Below are positions 11,685 through 23,830 of a stretch of 64,000 nt of DNA, piece by piece. A model generated the notes under the pieces. The model had not been told where the DNA came from, ran no database searches, and worked only from the letters and a program-made list of their open reading frames with translations. The translations under genes were made by a program, and so were the position numbers. Within the stretch, counting starts at the first letter, position 1; each line of letters starts with the position of its first letter. The stretch comes from Callorhinchus milii (taxonomy: Eukaryota), in NCBI RefSeq assembly GCF_018977255.1, contig NW_024704743.1:68450001-68514000 (forward strand), written 5' to 3'.

Positions 11685-12045
11685 GGAGTCCTGTAGCTCA
11701 GTGGTTAGAGCACTCGCCTTGCAAGCGAGAGATCTGGGTTTGATTCCCTGCAGGGCGAAACATTGGCCAAGTTTCCTTACTTGACGCACCTCTGTTTACC
11801 TAGCAGTAAGTTGGAATCCAGTTGTTAGTCGATTGGTGGCCTTTCTGGGGGTAATAATTCCTTCAAAAAAATAAATAAATTGGTCACTCAATCCATGACT
11901 GTTTATGGGACACTGCTGTGTGCAATTGACTGCCACGTTTCGCCCACAAAACATACATTCAATTGACTTTACAGTATAGTCTGTGAAGCACTTTTAGATG
12001 TCTCAAAGATATGATAAGGCACTATATCAAACGCAAGGATTATTA
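11685..12045 (+). mobile_element. Full-length young SINE, long subfamily
   Basis: ggagtcctgtagctcagtggttagagcactcgccttgcaagcgag head; cctctgtttacctagcagtaag internal segment; standard tail. Confidence 0.95.
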
Positions 12046-12206
12046 CAAGTACATACGCAGGACTCTAAAACAATACCTAATTGTCTGATCAACTCATCAA
12101 TATTATTAAGAGTTGACCCCTTGAAAGCTTATTGCCTGTTCATCAAATCACTGAGAACATCTGAAGACCATTGGAAAGCTGAACCTGTATTAATTCTTAC
12201 TCACAG

Positions 12207-12630
12207 GTGTCAGCCTGACTCAGTTAGTAGCACTCTCACCACTGAGACAGAAAGTTGTGGGTTCAAGCACCACTTTGGGACTTGGAACCCACGTAGTCCA
12301 TGCTGATACTCCAGCACAGAGCTGCGGAGGTACTGCATTGTTGGAGGTGCCATCCTTTGGATGAGGCATTAAACCGATGTCCTATCTGCTTATCCAGGTG
12401 GACGTTAAATATGCCATGGCATTATTTGAAAAAAGAAGGGATTTTCTCCCGGTGTCTTGGTCAATAATCCCACAAATAAGATTGGTTACTTGCTCCATGG
12501 CTGTTTGTGAGACACTATCCACAAAAATATATACAGTCGCTACACTTTACGGTTTATTCTGTGAAGCGCTTTGAGACATCTGAACGACCTGATAAGGCGC
12601 TATATCAAATGTAAGGATTATTATTATAAT
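12207..12630 (+). mobile_element. Near full-length old DeuSINE (SacSINE1/AmnSINE1-like)
   Basis: gtcagcctgactcagttagtagcactctc...gggttcaagc...ggaggtgccatcctttggatgaggcattaaacc...caggtggacgttaaatatgccatggcattatttg. Confidence 0.9.
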
Positions 12631-13739
12631 TGCTGAACCCTATGAGTGATAGTGAAAATATTCCCTCTGAATTTATTCTGCACTCTCTTTGTTACTCTCT
12701 CTGCTTGAAAGTTACATAAAATGTAATGAATTTTAAAATATTCAATAAAAGCGGTCAATGTTACGATGGTATAGTAGTGACAAACATTCTTCACCTTTTT
12801 CGCATTCCCAAAGGATTATCATGGACTATGTAAAATGCTCATCAATCTGCAAAATATTTCTAGCTATTTAATGTACTTTCATTTTTTAAGTCTCCATTAA
12901 GTGAGCTTTATCTCCCAAACCTGCAGCGTTGGGATTACTGGAACATGATTAATATTGCTTGTTTTCGAAACATGAATCTCAGGAGCTTGAAAGAGTGATG
13001 CCAATATTGAATCTTATCAATTATTAATGTTATTACTATTAGATCAAATATTTAATGGTGGAATTAAACAAATGCAAAAGTATATCTTTTGGACCCCTGT
13101 GGATTTGCCAAGCCAGTTCCTTATAGGGGTCGTGTTCAAGCCAGCAAACCATTTTGCCACATTGCATACAGTCTGAGTCACTGCAACATTGCTCAGGCTG
13201 TTCACACCCAAGAGACAGTGCAGAAGAGAATAACAAGGCTGATCCCTGGGGATTAGGGATGAGGAATGATTAGATAAGCTAGTGCCTTGAAGAGATATCT
13301 TAGAGTGGACCTTCTTAGAAGCATACTTATTAATAATAATAATTCTTTCAATTGATGTAGCGACTTTCATGTCAGGGGGACATCGCAAAGCACTTCACCA
13401 GATATACTGTAAAGTGCAGTGGCTGTGTGATACTCAAAGGGTAGAGGTATGTCTGGATCCTGCATAATGAGTATTTTTCATGCCCCTTTTAATTCTGCAT
13501 TTTTTATGCAATTTAATTTTTGTGCAAAATTTAACAAAAATTTAAATTCTGCGGAACAGAAGTTAGGCCCAATGCACATAAAATGCAAGTGTTGAAAATA
13601 TTCTCAATAACCTGGTTCTGCAGGTTCATGATGTGGAGGACAACTTCAGAACAATTGCCAGGTAGTATTAGATTTTTAACATCTATCCGAACAGGCAGAT
13701 GGGCCCTCAGTTTAACGTCTCATCTGAAGGACTGAGGTT

Positions 13740-13915
13740 ACCATAAAAGGTGTTTGAGGCCTGGACACTGGATTCATTTTACAAATGGGTTCATGCTGTA
13801 ATGGGAAGAAGAAAGGCTTTTTTCAAACCAACCTCTCATGAGTCATAGGATAGGAATCTGGAGTGGGAACACTGGCTTATATTTTCCCTTTACTAGTCCA
13901 GGGGACAAATCTGTT
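13740..13915 (-). mobile_element. AmnSINE2-like relic
   Basis: Reverse complement cccctggactagtaaagggaaaatataagccagtgttcccactccagatt parallels 39160-39220. Confidence 0.45.
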
Positions 13916-14175
13916 TTTACTTCCACTGGCAAACATAACTCATGATATCAGCCCCTAACAATGTTTTTACATTGGTCATGACAACTACTGTGCTGTTGTT
14001 TATAATCCCTACATTTTGGTATTGCAACTTTCACATCAGGAAGCTGTTGATAGCATTTCACAGGAAACAATATAAAATACAGTGACTGTGTATTTTTAAT
14101 GTCATTAAATGTCATTTTACAACCTCAGAGTTTGGGACGACTTGCATCAAAAAATGTGCTTTGATAATGTTTATC

Positions 14176-14680
14176 TGTCAGGCTGGCTCAGTTGGTAGCA
14201 CTCCCACCTTTGAGTCAAAAGCTTTTTGGTTCCAGACCCATATTGGAACTTGGGACTCATATTGTCTAGGCTGCTCTCCAGTACATTGCTGCAGTTTGCT
14301 TGATTGCCAGAGGTGCTGTCTGAGACCCCACCTTGCGTGAGGAGTGCTATATAAATTGCAAGTTGTTGTTGTTGTTATCCTTCAGATGATATGTTCTTTG
14401 GATGAGATGTCAAACTGTCTGTTCAGATGGAAGTTAAAGATTCCATGGAACTATTCAAAAAGAGAATGAAGCTTCTCTCTTCCAGTGTCATGACCAACAA
14501 TTCCCCAAATAAAAATTGATCATTCACATCACGGTTGTTTGTGGAACATCAATGTGCGTAACGTGGCTGCTGTATTTGCCCACAAAAACACACCATCACT
14601 GCACTTCAATAAATAGAAGCTCTTTTACCCTCTTCCTAACATGAAAGGCACTATACTAAATGTACAGATTATTATTTATC
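14176..14680 (+). mobile_element. Old DeuSINE with nested LINE-tail insertion
   Basis: tgtcaggctggctcagttggtagcactc head; insert ending gcaagttgttgttgttgtt at about 14321-14376. Confidence 0.85.
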
Positions 14681-17121
14681 TTGTAGGCTGACTTTCCAGT
14701 CTAGGACAGAAGGGGCGCAGCATTGTTTGAGGTGCTGTCCTAGTATGATTAGTAAGCAGACAAATGTGTCAACCAAATGTCACAGCAAGATCCCACAAAC
14801 ATCCATAGTTTTCGTGCCTTTTTGTCTTTATCATGTATGTCAACCTAAAATGAAACAGCACATTTTATACCACTTTATAGATATATCATAAATAAAAATG
14901 AAAAAAATTACCTACCTTAAATATTTTGCATGATTGGTCCTCTCTTCCCTTTTGTTAATGTCCCACATTTTCCCCTCTTCATTCCCTTTCTTTTCTTTAG
15001 GAAATTGACTCTTTCTTCTAAATGGGATATGTTTAAAATAATCTGCCCTCTGGTGCTTTGCACAAAAGGCCATTATTTTGTTCTTAATCCATTACCCATT
15101 TCATCCAAGGACATTTTCCATGAATACACATTGATTATGAGTTTAAACCAGCTATTTGAACATAGAGGAAACAAATTAAAAGGGTATGTGGAAAAGAGCA
15201 TGAACAAGGCACTAGGAATAGATACCAACCATCGGAGACAATACCACCAAAAAGGCAAGATGAGCCAAATGAGAAAATATATTTTCTATGACTACACACC
15301 AACACATAGCAATAATTTAGTTGAGTCTGGATGTAATTTCAACTTTAAAAAGGCATTTAATACTCAAATTTCTATTAGATTTGGTAAAAAACGCAAATTG
15401 ACCTGTTAAACCTCCTTTAAAGAAGCCAGCAGGAAAGCATTATTAAAATGGCAATTATTAAAAGAATTATACATTGATCATTACATCAATACAATGGGAA
15501 TGTAACTCTTAAATAGTTTAAGTAGCAAAATATGGTTTTATAAATTGTATAGTTAGTTTTTTATAACACAACACAATAAAATTGACATTTACATAGCTCC
15601 CTTTACGACTGATAGGATGTCGCCAAATGCTTATGATTAAGAGGCAAGAGTGCTATAAACTGAGTCAGGCTGATAACTTTTCAAGTACCATTCAGCCAAC
15701 TGTCATTATAAAGATTTTATAATGGGATGTGAACCATCTTGTCATGGCCTGGAGCACCACTGTTGGTGAACTCACCTTGATAAAACAGGCAAGATACTTC
15801 CTGTGTTGCTTTGCAACTGATTTTTGGGAGCAGTGAGATTGTGGTCAGGGTGCCCACAGGTAAAATTAATCTGCTTCTCAATGTATTTGGAACATTTGAC
15901 AATGAAAATATACCTGGCAGGGATTTTTTTTCAGAAACTTTATATTATCAATAATTTTGATATTGTTCCATGAATGAGTAAGTAATACGCAACACAACAA
16001 CAAGAACGTGCATTTATATCTTGAGTTGTAATAATAATAATAACTATATGAGAAAAAATCACAGCTGGTGGAAATTTTACATATGGCAAACTAAAACAGC
16101 TTGCATTTATATAGTGCCCTTCACATCTGGTATCATCTTGGAGGGCAAAGGTACGGAAGCATTTCTTTCACACCCTTGCCCATCAAACCTCTGCAATAAT
16201 ATTATTTACGCAAGGGTCATATATATTCTATATGCTTTCTTTCGTAAGAAGTTGATTTCATTATCTGAATGGCTACTTATTGTTCCACATTCACTTGGAT
16301 TCCATTTTCCATTGATCACGACTAAATAAATCTGTTTTAGTTCAGTTCCCAATTCATGGATACAATTTATTCTCACCAGGAAAGCTTGTGATTCCAAACT
16401 TTACTTATAATGCAGCACATACTTTATGCATTCTGAGTGCTAGTACTTGAACGTAATAAATTCCACATTCGATTTTCTCCCTTTAATAGGGAATCTTAAT
16501 CTTAACACAACAGGCGATGCTAATGTTCAGAAATGCAGCAATTGCCTTTTAAATTCAGAAACAGCCACAAGCACTCTATGGTTGGGTGCAACATTGCATT
16601 AATGCCTGAAAAAATTAACTGAGGTATAACTGTTTTATTATTTAGTGCATAGGACTTAGAGGCAAGAGCAAATACTGATTAAAATGATCAGTTCTGCACT
16701 GTGACATGGAATCTGCAGATGTTTAGGAACAGTGGGAATGTAGCAGCAGATGTGCGTATGTGCCGAGGAAGGAAGGGAGCAAAGGAGGGAGGGAGGATGT
16801 GTTGGGAGCTACATTCCCAAATCACGTGAGTGCAACTCGTGCTCTGCTTGGCAGTAAACCAAAATGTTTCACAAACCCATCCTAAAAAAGAAAATCCCAA
16901 GATTTATCATTCTGTTTGTATAATGAGTGGAGGATAGAAGCTTAAGTTATGTTTGGCAATAATATTTTCAAAAAATCCAAAGAGACGCAGGGATTGTTGT
17001 TTGTTTCTAGAATTGGGCATGTCTAGATTTGAACAATTGGAAGCATGCTTTCTTGGAAACCCAGTTTCAAGTCATAAGGAATTTTAAAAGAAGAAACTAA
17101 TTTCAGACACTGAAATACTAT

Positions 17122-17607
17122 ATGCTGTCTCCTCACCTCAGACGCTGACAGCATCACCATCCATGGCTGCACACTCCACCTTGCTAAGCCAGTCCGGAAC
17201 CTTGGGGTCTTGTTTGACCCTCAACTATCCTTTCTACCCCACATCTGCACCATGACCTGCTCTCCCTTCCCCCACCTCCGCAACGTCGCCCGGCTCCGAC
17301 ACTGTCTCACACTGCAGGCGCTGAAACCCTCATACATGCTTTCATTACATCGGGACTCGACTATGCAAACTCACTGTTTGTCAGCCTCCCAACTCCTCCC
17401 TCATTAGGCTGCAGATCATCCAGAACTCTGCAGCCTGTGTCCTCTCCCGCACTAGGCTCCGCGACCCTATCACCCCCATCCTTGCCCAACTCCACAGGCT
17501 TCCCATCACACAGAGGATACAGTTCAAGATCCTGGTCCTCACCTTCAAAGCCCTCCACGGTCTTATTCCCACTACCTCTGCGATTTCTAACCCCCTACCA
17601 TCCTGCT
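17122..17607 (+). mobile_element. L2 LINE ORF2 C-terminal fragment
   Basis: RNLGVLFDPQLSFLPHICTMT...HLRNVARLRHCL; frameshifted; very similar to 59235-60062. Confidence 0.92.
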
Positions 17608-18199
17608 GGAAGTTGTAGTGAGGATATATATCTCAGAAATGTGACCCTGGTGGTTGCTCCACCAGAAATATTTGATGAATTTGAAGATATCACTAGGATC
17701 TTAACAAACAAGTCATACATTTCCCTTAACTTAATAAATGTTCCAGGGATCCCATTTCCAACAAGTGCTGGTTAACTTTGTGTTTGAATACTGCTTCACA
17801 AAGTACTGACTTCCAGGTAACTAAACTTCTAAGAGTTTCATGGGAAGGAGGAATGAGTTTGTGAAGTTTGATCACTGCTTTTTTTTTGGACTGTTCCAGA
17901 ATATTTGAGGTGCAGCTGTCACCGTTTTGTGTTTCTGGCATAAATACGGAATTCTGGTTTATGAACTAACATTTCTTGTGGTGCTGCTCCAGTCAAGCTC
18001 TTGTACAATGCTATAAACAGGCCGTTATCGCTATAAGCAAACTATATGACTTTAATTGTGAGATCAGAACTAAAATGATATGGTTTAACTTTTAAAAAAT
18101 TCAGGTGAAGCTCTTGATTTTATTTTTAACCAAGTGATTCAGTATTTTTTTTTTTTTTTAAATTGTATTGAGTTTGGTACAGTTTGAGATGAACAATTA

Positions 18200-18640
18200 T
18201 TCCATTGGAAAGCAATGCTTTCAGGGAAACCCTCTTCCATGGGGATTAGGTTCAAATCTACACCTATCAGATGTCTCCTTGGGAGAAGTAAGTGACGTCT
18301 CAGCTAACGTATGGTAATGAAACATCGGATTCTTCTGTTAATCCTCTGTGACAGTCACAATAACTTAGTTCCTAATTTGGGTACAAAAATTATTCCAGCA
18401 CACTGTTGATGATGGACCAGCAAGTCTGTCTTATTGGCAGGACTTGGAGGAGCAGACCAATCATTGAGGGTAGGATTCTTCTCTCTCAGCTTCTATTAAC
18501 CTTAATGGGTAAAGTGATCCGATCCAGACAAGCAGTGAGAAATTTGCCAATGTTCACAATAACGAACTCCAGGATTTTAACAGGTTAAACTCCAGCAACA
18601 CTTCAAATCACACTCTGATATCTCCAAACCTTACTACAAT
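18200..18640 (+). repeat. Repeat family X copy
   Basis: ggttcaaatc B-box-like motif near 18250; ggcaggacttgggaggagcagacc...gggtaggattctt...ggttaaactccagca. Confidence 0.6.
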
Positions 18641-19077
18641 ATTCTACTTCTGAGTAGATCCCAGACTTTGAGGACCAGTGAACTTGTCAAATATGAAAAG
18701 TATAGCAACACTTTCAAGAAGATTTTCATTCTTCTACCTGATTTTCCAGTCACAGTTCCCAGTTTGGATGTAAGTGGTGCCAAATCACATTTGCAACTGA
18801 TGCCTGGAGCTGGTGGGCAATCTCATACCTAAATGTTTCAGAAGACTTAATGAATTGCTCTTCTTAGAGCTGATGATACCTCAGGGTTTGTCCACCCACT
18901 GTTGAGTTCTGCCGTGTCTGACCATTTTGATTTATTCATTGCTTGACTTCCAAATGAACTTGTCAAATATTCTGTGAAGATTTTTAGCATGAATACAGAG
19001 AATATCATTACAGATCACATGCTACTAATCACTATTGAAGGCAAAAAGCAGCATTGGCCCTAGGCAACCTTACTCAG

Positions 19078-19682
19078 ATGTCAGCCTGGCTCAGTTGTTA
19101 ATACTCTTGCCTCTGAAGCAGAAGCTTGGGTGTTCTCAAGACTTTCACACTCACCATTTGAGGCTGACACTAATGCAGGGATTTCCAAGAAATGGCCCGC
19201 AAAACACCTGCACCAGTCCAGGCAAGTCCTCACCAAAGCTCCAGTAGCGACCGAGCCGCGATACCCATGGCACGGCCATGAATAAAGAGAAATTCAATGA
19301 AGAAAAATGTATTTGTTGGTCAACCATAAAGGTTGGCGACCACCGCTCTAATATTTTATGGAGTGACTCTGCGTCTGACAGAGGTGCTGTTCTTTGGATG
19401 AAACATTAAACCCAGGTCCAGTCTGTCTTTTTTGGACAAACGGTATAGATACATGGCACTGTTTGAAAAGAGAGGGAAGACTATCCTGACCAACAATCCC
19501 CCAGAGAGAAACTGTGGTTGGTCACTTCATGACTGTTTGTGTGACATTTCTGTGTACAAATTGGTTACTGGGTTTGCCTACAAGTACATAGCCATTACAC
19601 TTTATAGAAAAACACTTTGTGTAATGCTTTAAGATATTATAACATGTTAAGATGCTATATAAAAGGCAAGATTATTTTTATT
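19078..19682 (+). mobile_element. Old DeuSINE with nested MITE
   Basis: tgtcagcctggctcagttg head; gaggtgctgttctttggatgaaacattaaacc; degenerate tail. Confidence 0.85.
19176..19345. mobile_element. hAT (Charlie-like) MITE, 170 bp
   Basis: Termini cagggatttccaa / ggttggcgaccaccg (degenerate TIR); 8-bp TSD cactaatg / ctctaata. Confidence 0.7.
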
Positions 19683-20750
19683 TAACTCCTTGGATGAAGA
19701 TTACAATAAGGCACATATTTATCAGGACTTGCATACTGTCTTCTGAGGAAGTGGAGGCTTACCAGTTATGCCACAGGAAGGTGGTTTCACAATGAAAATT
19801 GGGAAGCGCCTTGGGATACAATGTCATTTTGTATTGTATTGAAACTGGGATACCATTCACTCTCCAGAGGCTATGAAAAAACTAAGGAACTGGACTTCAT
19901 GACCATAAATGTTATGGTTTAAAATTACATGACAATCAGAACCCAGGTTGCTGTCATTGTCACAATGTTATATCTTCTCAATTCTTTTGTTCTTTTTCCT
20001 CAGCACTTCAAACAGGTAGAACTACCACTCAGTGAGTAAGAGTGTGTGTCTGGCTATACGTAGGAGAATAATGTCAATATTCCCATGTTTTTCATGCTGA
20101 GTTGTGTTGTACACCAAAAAAAATGCAGAGATCTCCTGCTACCTGCTATCCACCAAGCGAGGCCTCAAACCTGCACTTGTCAGATGTCTAATGATCAAGT
20201 CATGACTGTCCTCCTTATGGGAAAGCTAACTATGCTCACATGGGTCTGAATTGTTTCAAAAGTGATGTGCTTGGCAAAAGAATATCAGAATTTAGTATAT
20301 CTTTAATAGTGGTCTTAGTAGTCCAGTAATCCAGTTACTGAGCCAAATAGATCTGCAATATTCCGAGGCACTTTGATTTTTTTTGGTGAGTGAGGTTAGG
20401 CCTGCGCACCCCCATTAATCAAATTCAACCAAACATGTTCCACCTAGGGTACAAGGTTGGTCCGACAGACAAGCACCAATTCCCCCCCCAAAACTCTTCT
20501 AGGCCTTAAATTGTCAAATGACAATGCAAGCCTGAAACCTGTCTTCACCACCCGAGGAAGTCAGGTAATGGGATGGGCTCTCTGGCAGGGCAAACCCAGC
20601 CTGAGCCTTGTGACCAAGTGCTCAAGTGAGCTTTAAGTTCCAGGATCTCTGCTTCCTCTTTGTGTGGGCAGATCACACTCCTCAGATGGGAAGTACTGCA
20701 ATACCAATCTCAACCAACAGGGGATTGAAAGCAAAGGTTCAGTCCCTCCC

Positions 20751-21126
20751 ATAATAATAATAATAATAATCCTTTCATCTGATATAGCGTCTTATCACGT
20801 CTTCGAGATGTCTCAAAGCACTTCACAGAATATACTGTAAAGTAAATTGACTGTATATTTTGTGGGCGAAATATTGCAGCCAATTGCGTACAGCATTGTC
20901 CTACAAACGGTCATGGATTGAGTGACCAATTTACTTTTTTTTGAAGGGATTATTACTACCGGAAAAGCGATCCGCCACTCGACTAACAACTAGGTTCCTA
21001 CTTACTGCTAGGTAAACAGTGGCGGGTGGAGTAAGGAAATATGCTCAATGTTTCGCCTGCCCCAGAAATGAACCCAGGTCTCTCACTTGCGAGGAGAGTG
21101 CTCTAACCATTGATCTACAGGACTCC
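20751..21126 (-). mobile_element. Full-length young SINE, long subfamily, with TSD
   Basis: Reverse-complement head at 21126; cccataat duplicated at 20748-20755 and 21128-21135. Confidence 0.95.
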
Positions 21127-21714
21127 ACCCATAATGCCCCAGTTATGGGTGAGAGTCTGTCATCGTAACCAACACAAGCGAATCTGAAAAGGAGAACTTT
21201 TCTGGCATTGCTAGCACAAGGGGTAACTGATAAGAACAGATACTACACTTGATCCTAGCCAAAAGGCCGCAACATTTTGATGATAGACCAGCCAGCCTGG
21301 CTTGTTAGCAAGACTTTGAGGAGCAGACCAGGAGCTGACTGTGTATAGGTGTGTGTATGCATGGGGCAGTAGTTGGGGAAGAGGGTGGGGACTCTTCTCA
21401 CTCTCCTCCCATTAACCTTGCAGGCCATTGATGTGAAAACCACTGTTTCAAATCCAAGGATTATTATTATTATTATTTTGAATGAGATGTTAAACTGATC
21501 TCCTGGCTCTGCTTGTTGAGATGGATCCTAAACACCTCATGGCACTATTTTGCAAGAGGAGGAACTTGACTGTATATTTTGTGGGCCATCCTACTTATGG
21601 CTGTTACTAGGACCTTTCCAGTACAAATCACCATTGTGTTTACCCACAATTACTAACACTTTACGTAATGGCTAGTAAAATATTTTAAGATGTTTAGTGT
21701 GGAAAGTTTAGTAT

Positions 21715-22034
21715 GGAGTCCTGTAGCTCAGTGGTTAGAGCACTCGCTTTGCAAGTGAGAGACCTGAGTTCAATTCCAGGCAGAGGGCGAAATCTTGGGC
21801 AAGTTTCCTTACTCCACACACCTAATAATAATCCCTCCNAAAAAAAACAATAATAAATTGGTCATTTTCAATCCATGAATGTTTGTGGGACATTGCTGTG
21901 CGCAATTGGCTGCTGCGTTCGCCCATAAATATACAGTCAAATTCACTTTACAGTATATTCGGTGAAGCGCTTTGGGACGTCTAGAAGACATGAAAAGCGC
22001 TATATCAAATGCAAGGATTATTATTATTATTATT
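21715..22034 (+). mobile_element. Full-length young SINE, short subfamily
   Basis: Nearly identical to the reverse complement of 63685-64000; contains the single N of the window. Confidence 0.95.
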
Positions 22035-22467
22035 AAAACCATTGTAAAAATGTAAGTTCCTACAGCATTAATATCAATTGTGGATAGACTTAATTGTATT
22101 TCTATTACACAGCTTGAAGCACAAAACAATGTTTTAAATTGTTCCTAGAGTGTATTTATAATGCCAATCTGAACACTACTTTATGCTTAAAGGAGAACAT
22201 TACAAAAGAGCAATTATTTTCAAAGTAAGCCAGTATTGAACCTGAGGCACAACATTTTATATAGTCTTAGGCTGATTTGGGTATTCTTAAGCAAGGTGGT
22301 GGTAAGACCATTTCATTATAAAATGTAAGCACTCAAGACTACTATTCATTCACACACATGTATTTATATCAGATTGGAGTTTTTAATGTATTTAAATAGC
22401 ATTGAAACTAATCATTCACTGTGGCATTGTTGTAATGCAGAGAGATTCTCTTAGCTGATGATCCCTA

Positions 22468-22785
22468 CCAACAACAATAACAACAACAAAATTACATTTA
22501 TAGAGTGTCTTTCACATCAGGAGGATGTTCCAAGGCGCTGGACAGTCAGGGGTCAGGATCAGAGCATGGGGGAGGGGTGAGGGAAGGCAGAGAGTTGGGA
22601 GGACGACTGAAGGCAGGATCAAAGAGGATGGCCTTGAGAGCGGCCTTGAAGGAGGCAAGGGAGGAAGGGAGGCAAAGGGACTGTGGGATGGAATTCCAGA
22701 GTGTGGGGGCAGAGAGGCTGAAAGCTCGGCCACTGATGGTAGGGTGGGTCGGGCGGGAGACATGGAGCAGGCCTGAGCCCGAAAA
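22468..22785 (-). mobile_element. L2 3' fragment (family A tail)
   Basis: GRAFSLSAPTLWNSIPQSL...FKAALKAILFD; (caa)n end. Confidence 0.92.
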
Positions 22786-22849
22786 GCCCAAAGCCCAAAA
22801 TATAGCTGTTGTACATGAGCTAGCCGTTTGGTAGAGTAATTACTTCATC

Positions 22850-23830
22850 AAAATGTGGTGGACAGATTCAATTTTTCTTTGCTTAGCCGAGTGTCTGACA
22901 CATTGGGAAACCATGCTTAAAAGTATACAAACCAGGTTGAGAGTTCCATATATGTATGCCACCTACACACAGAAATTTACAATTTGTCTGAATTGGAATA
23001 CACACCCTCTCCCTGGAGAGATACACTCTGCTAAACTAATTCCAGCGAGTACTATGATGGGTTGGCAAGAACTAATGCTAGAGTATCCTGGAGTTGGGGT
23101 ACTGCTAGAGTTTAAACAGCTAAAACTGCATAGTTTGCCAGTGAGAACATTGTCATTCACACAAAAAGGGAGTTCTGTAGCTCAGTGGTTAGAGCACTCG
23201 CCTCACAAACGAGAGGCCTGGGTTTGATTCCCAGCAGGGCGAAACCTTGGGCAAGTTTCCTTACTCCACAGGCCTGATAATAATCCGTCAAGAAAAAAAA
23301 CAATAATAAATTGGTCACTTCAATCCACGACTGTTTGTGGGACATTGCTGTGCGCAATTGGTTGCCGCATTTTGCCCACAAAATATACAGTCAATTCACT
23401 TTACAGTATATTCTGTGGGATGTCTAGAAGACATGAAAAGCGCTATATCAAATGCAAGGATTATTATTTTATTTTATTTTGTCTGGCAAGCTTCCTGCTG
23501 CTTGTGCAGCCAAGATCACTCTACTCAATAGGGCTTTGGCTTGTAGGGTTAACAGAAGCTGAGGGGGAAGAATCCCTACCCCCAGTGACTGGTCATCTGT
23601 TCCAAGTCCTGCCTATGAGCCATTGGCAGGGTAGTCTGTTATCAGAAGATTCTTGCAGTACTGTGCCTCCACCTGGCTCAGGAACTAAACTACCACAGAT
23701 GGTGGACTTGATTCTGTTTATCCCAAGAAACCTGAGTTACTTGCCTTCAAAGTTGATTGTCACTAGTTAGTCATTAAACATCTAAAAATCATAGGTTTGA
23801 CCCCTTACAAGTTAGCTAACAGGGATCAGG
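22850..23830 (-). repeat. Longest copy of repeat family X, split by a young SINE
   Basis: Both flanks of the SINE align with 40430-40800, 29205-29440 and 4605-4845. Confidence 0.7.
23168..23478 (+). mobile_element. Full-length young SINE, short subfamily, nested in family X
   Basis: tRNA-like head with perfect T-stem ctggg/cccag; TSD ttgtc at 23150-23154 and 23479-23483. Confidence 0.95.

Noticed and set aside
14930..15409. 159-aa plus-strand ORF as a gene
   Set aside because: No recognisable domain, composition typical of AT-rich non-coding DNA, no supporting gene structure
17600..17775. Protein-like stretch SCSEDIYLRNVTLVVAPPEIFDEF...
   Set aside because: Read-through from an L2 fragment, with no convincing splice sites or recognisable homology
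21839..21839. Single N
   Set aside because: Ambiguous base call beside an A homopolymer; not biological
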